A stretch of 64,000 bases of DNA from Azolla caroliniana (taxonomy: Eukaryota; Plantae; Polypodiophyta): contig JBHGNT010000021.1 of the NCBI GenBank assembly GCA_043228905.1, positions 2,542,001-2,606,000 on the forward strand, in the 5' to 3' direction. Position 1 is the stretch's first letter. Every line of letters begins with the position of its first letter. The notes under the pieces were generated by a model. It was given only the letters and a program-made list of their open reading frames with translations, was not told the DNA's origin and ran no database searches. Below, piece by piece: positions 14,017 to 26,582 of this stretch. The translations under genes were made by a program, and so were the position numbers.

Positions 14017-15404
14017 CTGTGGCGGCGGACAACACCTCAAGACCTTGCAAGTCGACCGGTTGCCCAACACGAAGGCAACCATGGAAGCCACCAAGCTCAC
14101 CGTCGAGTTCTTCGTACAAAAGCTTCGGAAATCGGGCGGACATGTGGAGGTGCAAAGACAAGCGGCATATGAGATTCGGCTCATGGCGAAGGAAGGAATG
14201 GACAACAAGATTTGCGTGGCGGCCGCCGGAGCTATCCCGGTGTTTGTAAAGCTCATGGCGAGCTCGACCGACAAGGCTACCCAAGAGAACATGGTCACGA
14301 CATTGTTGAACCTATCGTTGAATGAGAGGAACAAGGAGGAGATCACGGCGGTGGAAGGTGTGGTCGATGGCCTTGTGAGGGTCTTGAGAGATAGCCGGGG
14401 CGCTTCGGACGCGACTAGGAAGAACGTGGCAACCACGCTTTTTAGCCTCACCACTTCGAAAGGCAACCGAGAAGCGATCGGTTTGAAGAAAGGTGCTATC
14501 GATGGCCACTTGGAGCTCATGAGAATGGGCTAGAGCCGGGGCAAGAAAGACGCAACTTGTCACGGACACACCAAGTGCGGACTAAGACGGAGCACAGATG
14601 ATGAGGCTACGACGGAGCGATGACAGAATGACACAAGAGCATAAAGATAGAGATGAAGATTAAGGATAGAAGATGGGCGAAACGAGAATACTAGATTGAT
14701 ATGTCCATGACTGGCGTTGTTCACCTTGAATTCCTTCAAGGTGAACTCAACTATTTATACTAAGTGGCATGCATACCTGTTGCACGCATGTAATACAATA
14801 GAGGATGTAGGTAGTAGGTAAGCATGCATGTGCCAAGTGTTAATAATACAAGGGAGAAATTATGCACATGATGCTACCTAAAACTTACAATGAGGAAGTA
14901 TATACATGATTATATGCTAGATGTGTGGTTAACACATAACACTCGATTATAACTTGATCATGTCAAGAGTTCAAATCTTGACACAACTCTTGCTTTGTTG
15001 AACATAGGCCTAGGGAATGGGCACCAAGCCATGTCCCTCCTGAAGAAAGGAACTGTCTTGACGGTGCTCGAGCTCTTGGAAAGCGAGGACCGAGAGCTCT
15101 CGGCCGAGCTAGTGGCTCTCCTCGGGGTTTTGGCCCGACGACCTGAGGGTTTGGTAGCCGTTATCTCGGGATTGGCTCAGGTGGTCCCGCAACTTGTCCA
15201 GATACTTGTGAACGGGAGTGACGATGCCAATGAGCGGACGACCACCCTTTTGATTGCAGCTTGCTCGTCTTCCGATGACCTCGTGCCCTTGTGTCCACAC
15301 TTGTCGTCTAGTTCATTGTCCGCCGACCTCAGGCGCTGGCTCTTGGGCTCACCACTGCTTCTTTTCGCTCTCAAACAACTTGTCATCGGCGGAAAACCGA
15401 GGGC
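14017..15404 (+). pseudogene. Partial duplicate of the PUB gene (ARM half, parent about 9376-10344), interrupted by a solo LTR
   Basis: Highly similar DNA to the parent, but no U-box and no 3' end. Premature TAG at 14531, a 12-bp deletion near 15087, and many C>T/G>A changes. Confidence 0.93.
14558..14983 (-). mobile_element. Solo LTR (426 bp)
   Basis: TGTCA…TGACA termini with 5-bp TSD CAACT (14553-14557 / 14984-14988). The parent PUB has a single CAACT at the empty site. TATAAATA occurs on the minus strand near 14752-14759. Confidence 0.9.
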
Positions 15405-16990
15405 TTCTTAAAATTGATGTCATTATTTAAAGGAATCAACAAGGGCAAAGAGTTCTTTAATATGAACTTTATAGTCGATCTCATCATCATTGAATTATTG
15501 TGAGTGACATGCTATTGGATGCAACTGTCCACCATTTCCTAAATGTGGTTGGACATTCCCAAAGGCGAAATCAAATGCATAAGCTTCAGTGGGCTGCTTG
15601 CCGCCCCAAGCTAAATTGGGCTGCTTTGGATGCATTAGTTACATGTAATGTTCTTTCATGGGGATGCCATGTTATGAATCGTCTGTTATGACCTTTATCA
15701 ATGCATTTACTTCGAGGAGGCACTGTTATGAGTAATGATATGCAAGTGGCATTGGGACAATTTATGGTTTGGTTATTTTTCTCCTTTAAAAGTTATTTTA
15801 GGAGCTAAAGTAACTAATGCTACGGGTGATGCTATGTATTTTAATGTTGATGATGATGGTAGGTTGTGGCATGTATACTCTACGTCAGATGTGTAGATGT
15901 CCGCTAACACATTGGCCATTCGAGTAGTCGCAAGATCGGGAAAAAAAAGGTCTTTGGATCCACCCTTTCAAGAATGCTTGTTGTATTGCTCGTTGTGGGT
16001 TTTTCAAAAAAAACCTCTTCAAAATTTAGATTGGGATCCGGCTGATTATCAATGGAAAAAGCCGACTTATGGTGGAAATGGTGAACATTTGGAGTTTTTC
16101 TAATATTTGGTTAAGCTAGGTAGAAATTTATTGTTGCAATCAAAGTATAAATGTCCTATTGCCATGAAGCACTAGTCTGAGAATAATGTGCAGGAATTAT
16201 AGCTTACAAAATTTTGGAAATGGTTGTGGAGCATGCAATTGCCGAAAAAAGTCATTTGCTCTTCCTGTTGGTGATTGGTTGAAACAACATCAACAATATG
16301 CTTGTGGATTGCATTGTGGCGCACCTATTGAATCGATTTTGCATGTGTTTTGGTTATGTCCCAATATCAAGAAATTCTGGAGTAAGTTGTTTTTATTGTT
16401 GAGACAAAACTATTCTCGATCAATATTCTCTTGGGGTGCAGTATTGTGGGGTGTCCTTGAAGGAGAGGTTATGAGGTATGAAAGTATGCATGCTTCTAAT
16501 GTTTTTCATTTTTCTTATGGACACCTCTTTCTCATCGCGTTTCCTTCTTCTATTCCACAGTTTAGAATTAAAAATCTGGTCATTTGGCATACAATTACGT
16601 CATTGGCTCTTTGGATAATATGGAAAGCGAGATGTGATGTACAACTCAACACTATGCTTATTGAATTTTGGATGTTGTTTGTTCACACACTACATGGGCA
16701 ATATGATGTTTTGTGGCAACGGCAAGTGGCCTTTAAGAACTGATGGCAAGGACTCCAATTATTTTCAGAGACAACTGCTGGTCCAAAGTGGAATTATGTC
16801 ATACCTTCGTTTATTGTGGATAGTGGATAGTAAGTATTGTTCTACTTGTTCATATATGACATCATCTGTATCATAAGATGTACTAGCTTTTGTATCTTAC
16901 AAAAAGAAGTGAGATGAAATGTCTCCTTTTGTTTTTCCTATGTAGACTTTTGAAGTAATATACTAAGGTGCATCTTCTTTTAAAAAAAAG
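15405..16990 (+). mobile_element. 5'-truncated, degenerate LINE (L1-like) ending in a T-run plus poly-A
   Basis: RT-like FLKID at the start; zf-RVT motif CGLHCGAPIESILHVFWLCPNIKKFW…LWIIWKARC; A-tail at about 16982-16989. Confidence 0.8.
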
Positions 16991-16992
16991 CT

Positions 16993-17964
16993 TCAGTGGG
17001 TTACTTTAGCATGGGCTACAATAAGTTCAAATGTAAATGCCCATCTAAGATTAGCAAATGTTTTTTCTACCTTAGTAGACCAAACAAATGGTTGATTATT
17101 CCATGTAAGTTGTATGAGAGACAACACAATCATTGATAATTCTTGATAAATTTGCAATAAAAATTCACATCTTGTGTTTTGGAATAGACCAATGTATCCT
17201 CTAGCTATATGATTAAGATGCCTAGAAAATGTTGAAAATGTCATTAGCCATATGTTGAAAAACATGTGGTGCATTTGTAAGACTGAATAACATGAGTGTA
17301 TTCAAAATGACCATATTGTCTATGAAAGGTCGTCTTCCACTCGTTAATTGGATGAATCCAAACAAGTTTATATGCACCCTATAGATCACTCTTTGTGAAA
17401 TACTTAGCTCCAGGAAGACTTTCTAAGAGATTAGAGATCAAAGGTACAACATATTTGTTGTGTATGGTGGATTAGTAGGTCAAGGGGACTATCATAAGGC
17501 TGATGTTTGGACAACTTGCTACCTTTGGCTTTATCAAATACATTTATGAATTTTCGATAAGTTGGACCTCTAATATATTGTGAGAGCTATTAGAAGGCTT
17601 CATTATCATTCCAAATAGTAACATTTCATGTTGCCATGTCGTGAATAGCGCTTGCAATGCGATAACTAGACTTTTGTGACGTTGACCCTCTAGTATAGTA
17701 GTATGAACTAGAATTCTTGATTACTTGGTTGTCTTCTCTTAACTTCTCGATATTGTTGGTCAATTTCTAGATTTGAAGCTCAAACCAAGGACAAATTGAT
17801 ATTTGGGGCTACTAATTATATTAGTGAAAAATATTACACATGGTAAATCACCTATATGACTTGTATGAACTCAAATTCTTTGACAATATCTCTAGAACCA
17901 TTAGGATGACCATCAATGACTAATTAAGAGGCTAAACAAGATAGTTTATGAAAGGATAAGTATC
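16993..17964 (-). mobile_element. Decayed Ty3/gypsy pol remnant (protease-RT-RT connection)
   Basis: Minus-strand traces VIDGHP, NKYVVPLISNL, DL*GAYKLV, GHFEY and QPFVWSTKVEKTFANL. Confidence 0.75.
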
Positions 17965-19662
17965 TGTTAGGAATATGGATCCGAATCGGGATGATTTACA
18001 CTACCAACACAAGTTTCCAAATAGACGAAACCACAAGACAAAAATGGGAGCACACCGAAATTTAACGTGGAAAACCCAAAAACTGGGAAAAACCACGGGA
18101 ACCTTAGGTTCTGAAACAGATTCACTATTTTTTGAGTTTACAAGGTGTTCACAGCCTCTAGAGCAAACACTTTAGAGGAATACACACATATTTCAAGGCG
18201 ACAACCTTGGTTACAATATTCACCCTAACGGGCGAAATAAACAACAAGAAGAAACCAAAAAACACAGAACAAATAAACCTGTTACAGATAGCCAGAAGAG
18301 TTGTTGTCGACTCTTTGGGTAGTCGGACAACACCTCGTGAGATCTCTGTCTTCACTTCTGTAACGGGTTCTTTCTCTTGATTGCCCTTTTCTTGAGCTCT
18401 CTTTCTACAGAATCTTTACAACGTTCTCTCACACTATTCCCTCTCTCATATCACTGTTTTTCAGCCTTATTTCTGTTTTTCATATGTTGTTTTCTCTGTA
18501 TCGTGCTTTGTTCTTCCTCTCTATCTCTCAACCCTTTTATCTCGTTGTTTTTGCACCCTTTTTATGAGCCTTGTAAAGTAACGTCTTTCTTTGTCCCTGT
18601 ACACACACTCACACACAAAAAAGAAAAAGGACACGCACAAAAAAAAGCATACATAACATATATATATATATATATATATATAGTTAAAAATAATTATAAC
18701 GATTTTACTTTTTAGCTGAGCTTAAGCTGCTTCGGCACTGAGTCATCAACCGCTGTGAGCAGACTCCATGTCGTGGGCTCCACTTGAGTGGATAGTCCCA
18801 ACAATTCTCCCCCTCCATCTCAAGTGGGGGTCGCAACTAGGTTTGTCTTTGTTTGCAAACTTCAAGCTTCACCCTTGACAAACATTTTGTCATAATGTCA
18901 AAGCCATTCTCATTTGTGTGAATCTTTTCAATGTGCATCTACTTTTCTTCAAGCACATCTCTAATCCAATGGTATCTAACATCTATGTGTTTTGACTTAG
19001 AATGAAAGGGAGCATTCTTGGTTAAATGTATAACACTTTGGCTATCACAATACAGAATGTATCTTTCTTGAATCAACCCCAACTCTTGTAGGAATTTCTT
19101 CAGCCATAGCAATTCCTTACTGGCTTCGGTGGCAACATTATATTTAACCTCTGTTGTGGACAATACCACACATTTTTGTAGTCTCGACTACCAAAAGACT
19201 GTTGAACACAGTGCTCGGCCACCACCGAGGAATAGGATCAACTCACAGAAAACAGGAAATACAAAATGCACGAAGACAATAGAGAGAAGAGTACACAGGA
19301 TGTTTTACGTGGAAAACCCTAAATGGGAAAAACCACGGGAGTCCTCAAACTCCAACTATCACTATAAACAGAGATGTACAATGGTGAAGCTACAAGGCAA
19401 CAACCTTGAGCTCACTGTCTTCGCCACAGGCGGCGGTAATACACAGAGGCAACGACCTCTTCGTCTCTCTCTCTCGGCTGCTCACTTAGCTCCTTCTAAG
19501 TGGAAAACCAGAAAAATAAGTAACAACAGCAAAACTGTTTGCCCTAAGTCATATTTATACACATATGACTTTCGGGCTATTTACAAATATAGCCTAGAGG
19601 GCCCTTGGCAAACATATTCACAAATATGTCCCCGCATCCGGATCTCTCTCCGGGTACATTCG

Positions 19663-19740
19663 TCATCCGGCTCCGTAACCGGGGTCTTCATCATCCGGCT
19701 CCGTAGCCGGGGTCTTCATCATCCGGCTCCGATACCGGGT
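19663..19740 (-). promoter_or_regulatory. 28-bp tandem motif (about 3 copies) in the U3 region of the young copia LTR; also present in the other LTR at about 24395-24472
   Basis: TCATCCGGCTCCGTA(A/G)CCGGGGTCTTCA repeats lie on the U3 side of the minus-strand TATA-like site. Confidence 0.6.
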
Positions 19741-19824
19741 ACTCCTCATTCGGGTCTTCATTCCCGATTCCCGGACATCCGACCATCCCATCCGGAGGGA
19801 CCGTAATCCCAACAAACTCCCCCT

Positions 19825-22800
19825 TCACTTCGGCATGGGATGTCTTTCCAGTCCGACCCTCTTCCGGCACGCTTCCAGCTTGTCGGGTGTGAGCACTTTG
19901 GTCAGCATATCTGACCCGTTCTCGTCCGTGTGGATCTTCGTCAGCACGAACTCCTGGTCTTCTATCCTTTCCCGGATCCAGTGATATCTTCGCTGGATGT
20001 GCTTCGTCCGGGAGTGATAGGCCACGTTCTTCGCAAGGTGGATGGCACTCTGACTGTCGCAGTAGAGTCGGTACTCCTCCTGCCGGATACCGAGCTCTCT
20101 AATGAAGTCCTTCATCCATATCATTTCCTTGCCGGCTTCAACAACCGCCATGTACTCCGCCTCCGTGGTTGACAACGCAACCGTCTTCTGCAGCCTCGAC
20201 TGCCACGAAACAGCTCCCCCTGCATACGTCATCACATACCCTGATGTGGACCGGCTGGTATCTGCAATAGCCGACATATCCGAATCGGTAAAGCCGTCGA
20301 GTTCGGGCTTGCCGGAGCCGAATCGGAGGCACACGTTTGTCGTGCCCTTCAGGTATCGGAGTATCCACTTGGCCACGTTCCAGTGCTCTTTGCCGGGATT
20401 GCTCATGTACTGGCTCACCACTCCGACTGCATATCATATGTCCGGTCTTGTACACACCATTGCGTACATCAAGCTTCCGACGGCAGAGGCATATGGTACT
20501 TTCATCATGTCCTCCTTCTCAGCCTTTGTCTTGGGACTTTGCTTGCTGGACAACTTGCAGTTTGCCGGGAGGGTTGACCCGACCGGTCTTGCTTCCGACA
20601 TGTTGAACCGGTGAAGCACCTTTGTCACGTACTTCTCCCGTGACAGCCACAACTGCTTCTTCTTCCGGTCCCGGATGATGTGCATCCCTAGTATTTGCCT
20701 CGCCGGACCCAGGTCCTTCATTGAGAAGGTTCGGTGAAGCGCTTTCTTCAGCATCCGTATCTTGACCTGGTCCCGTCCGACGATCAACATGTCGTCCACG
20801 TACAGGAGGAGTATTAGAAAGTCTCCTCCTTCGAACTTCTTCACAAACACGCAGTGATCGGACTGCGTTTTGTGGTACCCTTCGTCGGTCATGAAAGAGT
20901 CGAACTTCCGGTACCATTGCCGGGGAGCCTGCTTCAGTCCGTAAAGGCTCTTCTTTAACCGGCATACCAGGTGCTCCTTCCCTTTCTTCTCGAATCCTTC
21001 CGGTTGCTGCATGTAGATCTCTTCTTCGAGGTCACCGTGAAGGAATGCCGTCTTCACGTCCATCTGTTCTACCTCGAGGTCCATGCTTGCCGCTATGCTC
21101 AGCACCGTCCGGATGGAGGTCATCTTCACTACCGGGGCAAATATCTCATCGAAGTCGACGCCCTTTTTCTGCTGGAACCCCTTCACCACGATCCTGGCTT
21201 TGTATCTCGGGGGGTTTCCGGCATCTCCCGGTTTCAGCTTGAACACCCACTTGTTTCGAAGTGCCCGCTTTCCTTTCGGCAACTCCACAAGTTCATATGT
21301 GTGGTTCTCATGCAGGGAATCCATCTCCTCCTGCATGGCACTTAACCACCTGGGGCTATGGGTGTCAAGCTTTGCTTCTTCAAAACTCTCCGGCTCCCCT
21401 TCGTCGGTTAGCAGCACGTGCTCAGGTTCCGGAAATCTCCGGGGGGCCCTTCTCTCTCTTAGAGGATATCTCCGTTCCGGAGCTTCGGTAACCGGCTCCT
21501 CCGTTTCCTCTTCATCCGAATCCATTTCGGGATCGGGGCCGGTTCCGGTATCAGTTTCATCTTCCTCGGCCGGTTCTGATTCTTCACCGTCTTCGGCCGG
21601 ATCCTCGAGTGCTAACCGGTCCCTTTCCGGTCGGGACTGCTCCTCGTGGAGTTGATCCTCACCGGTCGACTTGGAGCTCTTCATCTTCTTCTCCGACTCC
21701 CAGTCGGCGAGTGTCTTGTCCTCCATGAAGATGATATCACGACTCCGGAATATCTTTTTGTCGACCGGGTCCCATACTCGGTAGCCGAACTCGTCATCGC
21801 CGTAACCGAGAAATATGCATGGCCGGGTCTTTGGATCTAGCTTTCCTCTCCGGTCCTTTGCCACATGCACATATGCGAGACACCCGAACACCTTCAGATG
21901 CCGGTAGGATACTTCCCTACCGGTCCACACTCTCTGCGGCGTGTCTCCGTCCAAAGGTACTGAGGGTGATCTGTTTATCACGTATGTCGCCGTCGACATT
22001 GCCTCAGCCCAAAACCCCTTGGGTAATTTCGCATGCGCCAGCATACTCCGGACCCTCTCCATTATGGTCCGGTTCATCCTCTCGGCCAGCCCGTTCAGTT
22101 CCGGCGTCTTCGGCACAGTAAACTCGAGCCGGATTCCCTTCGAGCGACAGTACTCCTCGAACTGCCCCCGGTATTCCCCTCCGTTATCTGCTCGTATCGC
22201 TTTCAGCTTCTTGCCGGATTCCCTTTCCACTCTAGCGTGGAGTTCTTTGAAGACGCACAACACTTGGTCCTTTGTCTTCAACGGTGCCGTCCACAGCTTC
22301 CGGCTGTGGTCATCAATGAATGTCACGAAGTACTGGGCTCCGCCATGTGACTTCGTTTCTACTTGACACACGTCAGTGTGCACCAACTCCAATGGTGCGC
22401 TACGTCTCGTCGGTGGCCTTGAGTGGAAGGAGGTTCGGTTCTGCTTACCGGCCAGGCAAGCGGTGCACTTCTCCAGGTGCACATGCTTCACTGGAATAAG
22501 GTTGTCTTCTGCAAGCCTCTTCATCCCCTTCTCACTCATGTGGCACAGTCTCTTGTGCCAAAGCTCACCGGCAGTGTCGGCTGCCACGTTCAACTCCTCC
22601 GGACACAACCAGGCACTCATAAGGTACAATGTGTTGACTTTCCGGGCCCGAGCCACTATCAGGCTCCCCTTGCTGAACTTCATTACGCCGTTCCGGATGC
22701 TACCTGTGTAGCCTTCATCGTCTAGCCTCCCGGCCGAAATCAGGTTCAATCGAACCTCCGGAACATGTCGGACATCCTTCAACAACATTTTACATCCGGT

Positions 22801-23898
22801 TGATGTCATCAGCCACACGTCTCCTATGCCGGCAATCCGGCATGTACCTTCATTTCCCATCCGGACACAGCCGTGCTCACCGGCTGTGTAGGATGAGAAG
22901 TATTTCTTCTCCGGGGTCAGGTGGAACGATGCTCCGGAATCGACCACCCAGGTCATCTCTTCACCGGCAAGGTTCAGCTCCCTTTCTTCGGTAATGAGCA
23001 TTATCTCTTCTTCACTTGCCGCGAGTGCCGTCGTTCCTTTCCGGTCCTGCCCTCGCCGATCCGGACCTCTCCGGTCCGTGGCTCCCCGATATGCACCGTT
23101 TCGCTCCGGTGACTTCTTCGAATCGGTACCGTCGGTTCCGTTGTCTTTCCGAAAATGCCGACAGTTCTTCTGGAAGTGCCCCGGCTTCCCACAGTAGAAG
23201 CATGTAGGTCTTCCCCTCGACTGCGACCGTGTCCCCGACTTCTCCCGTCTTTGCGGACTCCGGTTCCGTTGTCTTCCCCGTTCCGATTCGGTAAGCAGCG
23301 CCTTCGAGTCGGAGGCCGGTTCTTTGTCTCTCCGACGCGCTTCTTCATTTAGAATACTTGTCTTTACCGTTAGTAAAGACAAGTTCTCTTCCTTACAGGA
23401 GGTGCTGAGAGTAACTACCAAGTTCTCCCAGCTCTCCGGAAGGGTACACATCAGCATGATGGCTTGCATTGCGTCATCCAACGGGAACTTGATCGCCGCA
23501 AGCTGGTTCACGAATCCCATGAACGTGCTGACGTGTTCGACCATGCTCTCGCCGTCCCGGTACTTAAGATTCACTATCTTCCTCATCAGGGAGGTCCGGG
23601 TCAGAGCATTCTTCCTCTCATACAGTCCGGACAACTTCTGCCACATCTCATAGGCGTTCGTATCGTTCGCCACATGTTGCAGAACACTTACATCGACATA
23701 TTGCCGGATCGTCGCTACGGCTTTCCGGTTCAGGAGCTTCCACTCCGACTCTATTACCCCCTTGGGTATCTCGGCATTGTCGATCGGTTCATACAGGTCT
23801 CGGACGATGAGAAGGTCTTCCATCTTTATCTTCCAGTCGGCGTAGTTCTGTGAGTTCAACACCATCATGCCCGGAGGCCCACTACCGCCGCCTTCCAT
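19825..23898 (-). pseudogene. gag-pol polyprotein of the nested copia (GAG, Zn knuckle, PR, INT, RT, RH) with one in-frame TGA at 20436-20434
   Basis: CFYCGKPGHFQKNC, WVVDSGAS, LWHKRLCH, RADNGGEY, YVDDML, YCDSQSA. ORFs 20434-23955 and 19825-20421 are in the same frame, separated by TRPDI*YAVGVV. Confidence 0.93.
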
Positions 23899-24579
23899 TT
23901 TCTGTGTTACCGTCGCTCTGATACCACTTTGTTGAACACAGTGCTCGGCCACCACCGAGGAATAGGATCAACTCACAGAAAACAGGAAATACAAAATGCA
24001 CGAAGACAATAGAGAGAAGAGTACACAGGATGTTTTACATGGAAAACCCTAAATGGGAAAAACCACGGGAGTCCTCAAACTCCAACTATCACTATAAACA
24101 GAGATGTACAATGGTGAAGCTACAAGGCAACAACCTTGAGCTCACTGTCTTCGCCACAGGCGGCGGTAATACACAGAGGCAACGACCTCTTCGTCTCTCT
24201 CTCTCTCGGCTGCTCACTTAGCTCCTTCTAAGTGGAAAACCAAAAAAATAAGTAACAACAGCAAAACTGTTTGCCCTAAGTCATATTTATACACATATGA
24301 CTTTCGGGCTATTTACAAATATAGCCTAGAGGGCCCTTGGCAAACATATTCACAAATATGTCCCCGCATCCGGATCTCTCTCCGGGTACATTCGTCATCC
24401 GGCTCCGTAACCGGGGTCTTCATCATCCGGCTCCGTAGTCGGGGTCTTCATCATCCGGCTCCGATACCGGGTACTCCTCATTCGGGTCTTCATTCCCGAT
24501 TCCCGGACATCCGACCATCCCATCCGGAGGGACTGTAATCCCAACAAAGACCACTCCCCCTACAAAGATCATTTGGTAC

Positions 24580-25037
24580 TAACAATTGGCAACAGTTCGA
24601 TTTGGTTCGAGAGGGTCAAAACCGAACCGTTAAAGTTTTTTGAAACCTGAACCAAACCGCAAAACTGTTAAACCATTAAACCGTAAAATCCGCGGTTTTA
24701 AGAGGTTCCTAAAATGTGAGAATAAGGTGTAAAAATGAAAAGATTGTTTAAAACCCATTTTTAAAATTAAAAAATAATAATTTTAAAACCGTTTTTAAAA
24801 TTTTTAAGATGTTCCTAAAATGTGAGAATAAGGTGTAAAAATGAAAAGATTGTTTAAAAACAAATTTTAAAATTTTTTAAAATTAAAAAAGAAAATTAAA
24901 ACCGTTAAACCGTGCTTTTTGACTATTGAAACCAAACTAAAACCGAACCGAACTGCTTAAAAAAACCTAAACTTGAACCGAACCGTTGAAACCGTGGTTT
25001 TGCAGTTCGGTTCGGTTCGAACTGTTGCCGATTGTTA
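24580..25037. mobile_element. hAT-type MITE copy 1 (458 bp)
   Basis: TIR TAACAATTGGCAACAGTTCGA / TCGAACTGTTGCCGATTGTTA; 8-bp TSD TTTGGTAC/TTAGGTAC; AAACCG subterminal repeats. Removing it restores the copia frame SGY-MIFVGG. Confidence 0.9.
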
Positions 25038-26045
25038 TTAGGTACCCTGATGTAGATTTTCTAGAGTCCATATCACCAGCCATATCTGCATCTGTATACC
25101 CATCTAATACAGTTTGGTTTTCACCTAATTTTAGACAGACTCTTGTGGTACCTCTTAGATATCTCAAAATCCATTTTACCGCTTCCTAGTGATCGCGCAA
25201 GGGTTCTTGAGAAAACGAATCACTACACCAACTACATGAGCAATGTCCGGTCTCGTGCATACCAAAGCATACATTAAACTGCCGACTACAGATGCATATG
25301 GTATTTGTTTCATTCTCTGTTGCTCTTCCTCACTCGTGGGGCATTGAGCTGAACTAAGTTTAAAGTGGCCTGCAAGTGGAGTGTTAACCAACTTGCACTT
25401 GGCCATGTTAAATCTCTGACTCAAGAACTTTCTCAATATATTGTTCTTGAGATAGACGCAACCTTTTGTTCACTCTATCCCTAGTTATCTTCATCCCAAG
25501 GATTTGCTTGGCTGGTCCCAAGTCTTTCATAGAAAAAGATTGACTCAACTCTCTTTTCAGCTTTTCAATCAAGTTGTTGGTGTCTTGACCAACAATCAAC
25601 ATATCATCTACATATAGTCCTCAAAGATCTCAAAGACTTGATCTTTAGTCCTCAATGCAAAGCACCACAATTTCCTTGAGAAGTCATCAATAAATGTGGC
25701 AAAGTACAATGCCCCCCCTAGAGTCTTAGCTGTCATATAGCACAAGTCAGTGTGCACCAATTCTAGTGGCTAAGATTTTCTTTTTGGGGGCAAATGCTGA
25801 AAAGCGACTTTGTGTTGTCTGTCGGCCAAGCAATCAACACAAGTCTGCAAGTGCATACTTCTTATCTCAGGTAGGATGTTCTTTCTAGCTAGCACCTCGA
25901 GTCCTTTTTGACTCATGTGCCCAAGTCTCTTGTGCCACAATTCAATAGGGACTTCCTTATCGGCTACATTCACCTCTCCACTAGACACCATAGCACGCAT
26001 TACATAGAGGGAATTCTGTTTTAGGCATCTTGCTAATACTACTAC

Positions 26046-26446
26046 GAGCCTTTGATGAGCTTCCATTTCCCTTCCGCCCACTTTGTATCTCTAGTGTGAA
26101 CACTATATAAGTGGGTAACTGACCTTGTAAAGTGAGTTCGAGGGTTAATGAAAGATTGTTTTGTACACTACTAGAATTCTTTTAGTTTAAGTTCTATTTT
26201 TACTTTATTTTATTTTAGTTCTGATGATTGGATAAATATGAGCCTTTGATGAGCTTCCATTTCCCTTCCGCCCACTTTGTATCTCTAGTGTGAACACATA
26301 GTTGACCAAACTATATAAGTGGGTAATTGATCTTGTAAAGTGAGTTCGAGGGTTAATGAAAGATTGTTTTGTACACTACTAGAATTCTTTTGGTTTAAGT
26401 TCTATTTTTACTTTATTTTATTTTAGTTCTGATGATTGGATAAATA
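26046..26446 (+). repeat. Tandem duplication of the copia-copia fusion junction (26046-26238 and 26240-26446)
   Basis: Both copies begin GAGCCTTTGATGAGCTTCCATTTCCCTTCCGCCCACTTTG and end GATTGGATAAATA. Confidence 0.9.
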
Positions 26447-26521
26447 CCCATTTTGTTGTAAACCAATTGTCTCATGGGCCAATTTTGGCCCTATGAAAAC
26501 GTTAATATTTCTTGCTTTCTT

Positions 26522-26582
<61 letters not shown>

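Larger units (their letters stand above)
19200..24546 (-). mobile_element. Young, nearly intact Ty1/copia (Tto1/Tork-like), 5347 bp, nested in the RNase H of the outer copia
   Basis: LTRs 19200-19814 and 23930-24546 differ by 4 substitutions plus a 2-bp CT indel. TSD AAGAC (19195-19199 / 24547-24551); PBS TGGTATCAGAGC (tRNA-iMet); PPT AGGGGGAGTT. Confidence 0.97.
17965..26076 (-). mobile_element. Outer Ty1/copia (Tork-like): 3' LTR 17965-18803, RH/RT/partial INT; internally deleted, 5'-truncated, host to two insertions
   Basis: TG…CA LTR next to PPT GGAGGGGGAGAAT. Motifs YCDSQSVIHL…SKHIDVRYHWIR, YVDDML, LVCTRPDI, LWHKRLGHMS. RT joins INT directly near 25620. Confidence 0.88.

Noticed and set aside
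19129-19806. 225-aa ORF across the copia LTR
   Set aside because: It starts in the flanking element, is frameshifted in the twin LTR, and shows no protein motif.
20434-20436. Programmed stop-codon readthrough in the copia
   Set aside because: The stop lies within RT rather than at the gag-pol boundary. A GGA>TGA point mutation is simpler.
26166-26180. CACTACTAGAA as a CACTA terminus
   Set aside because: No matching inverted end or 3-bp TSD was found.
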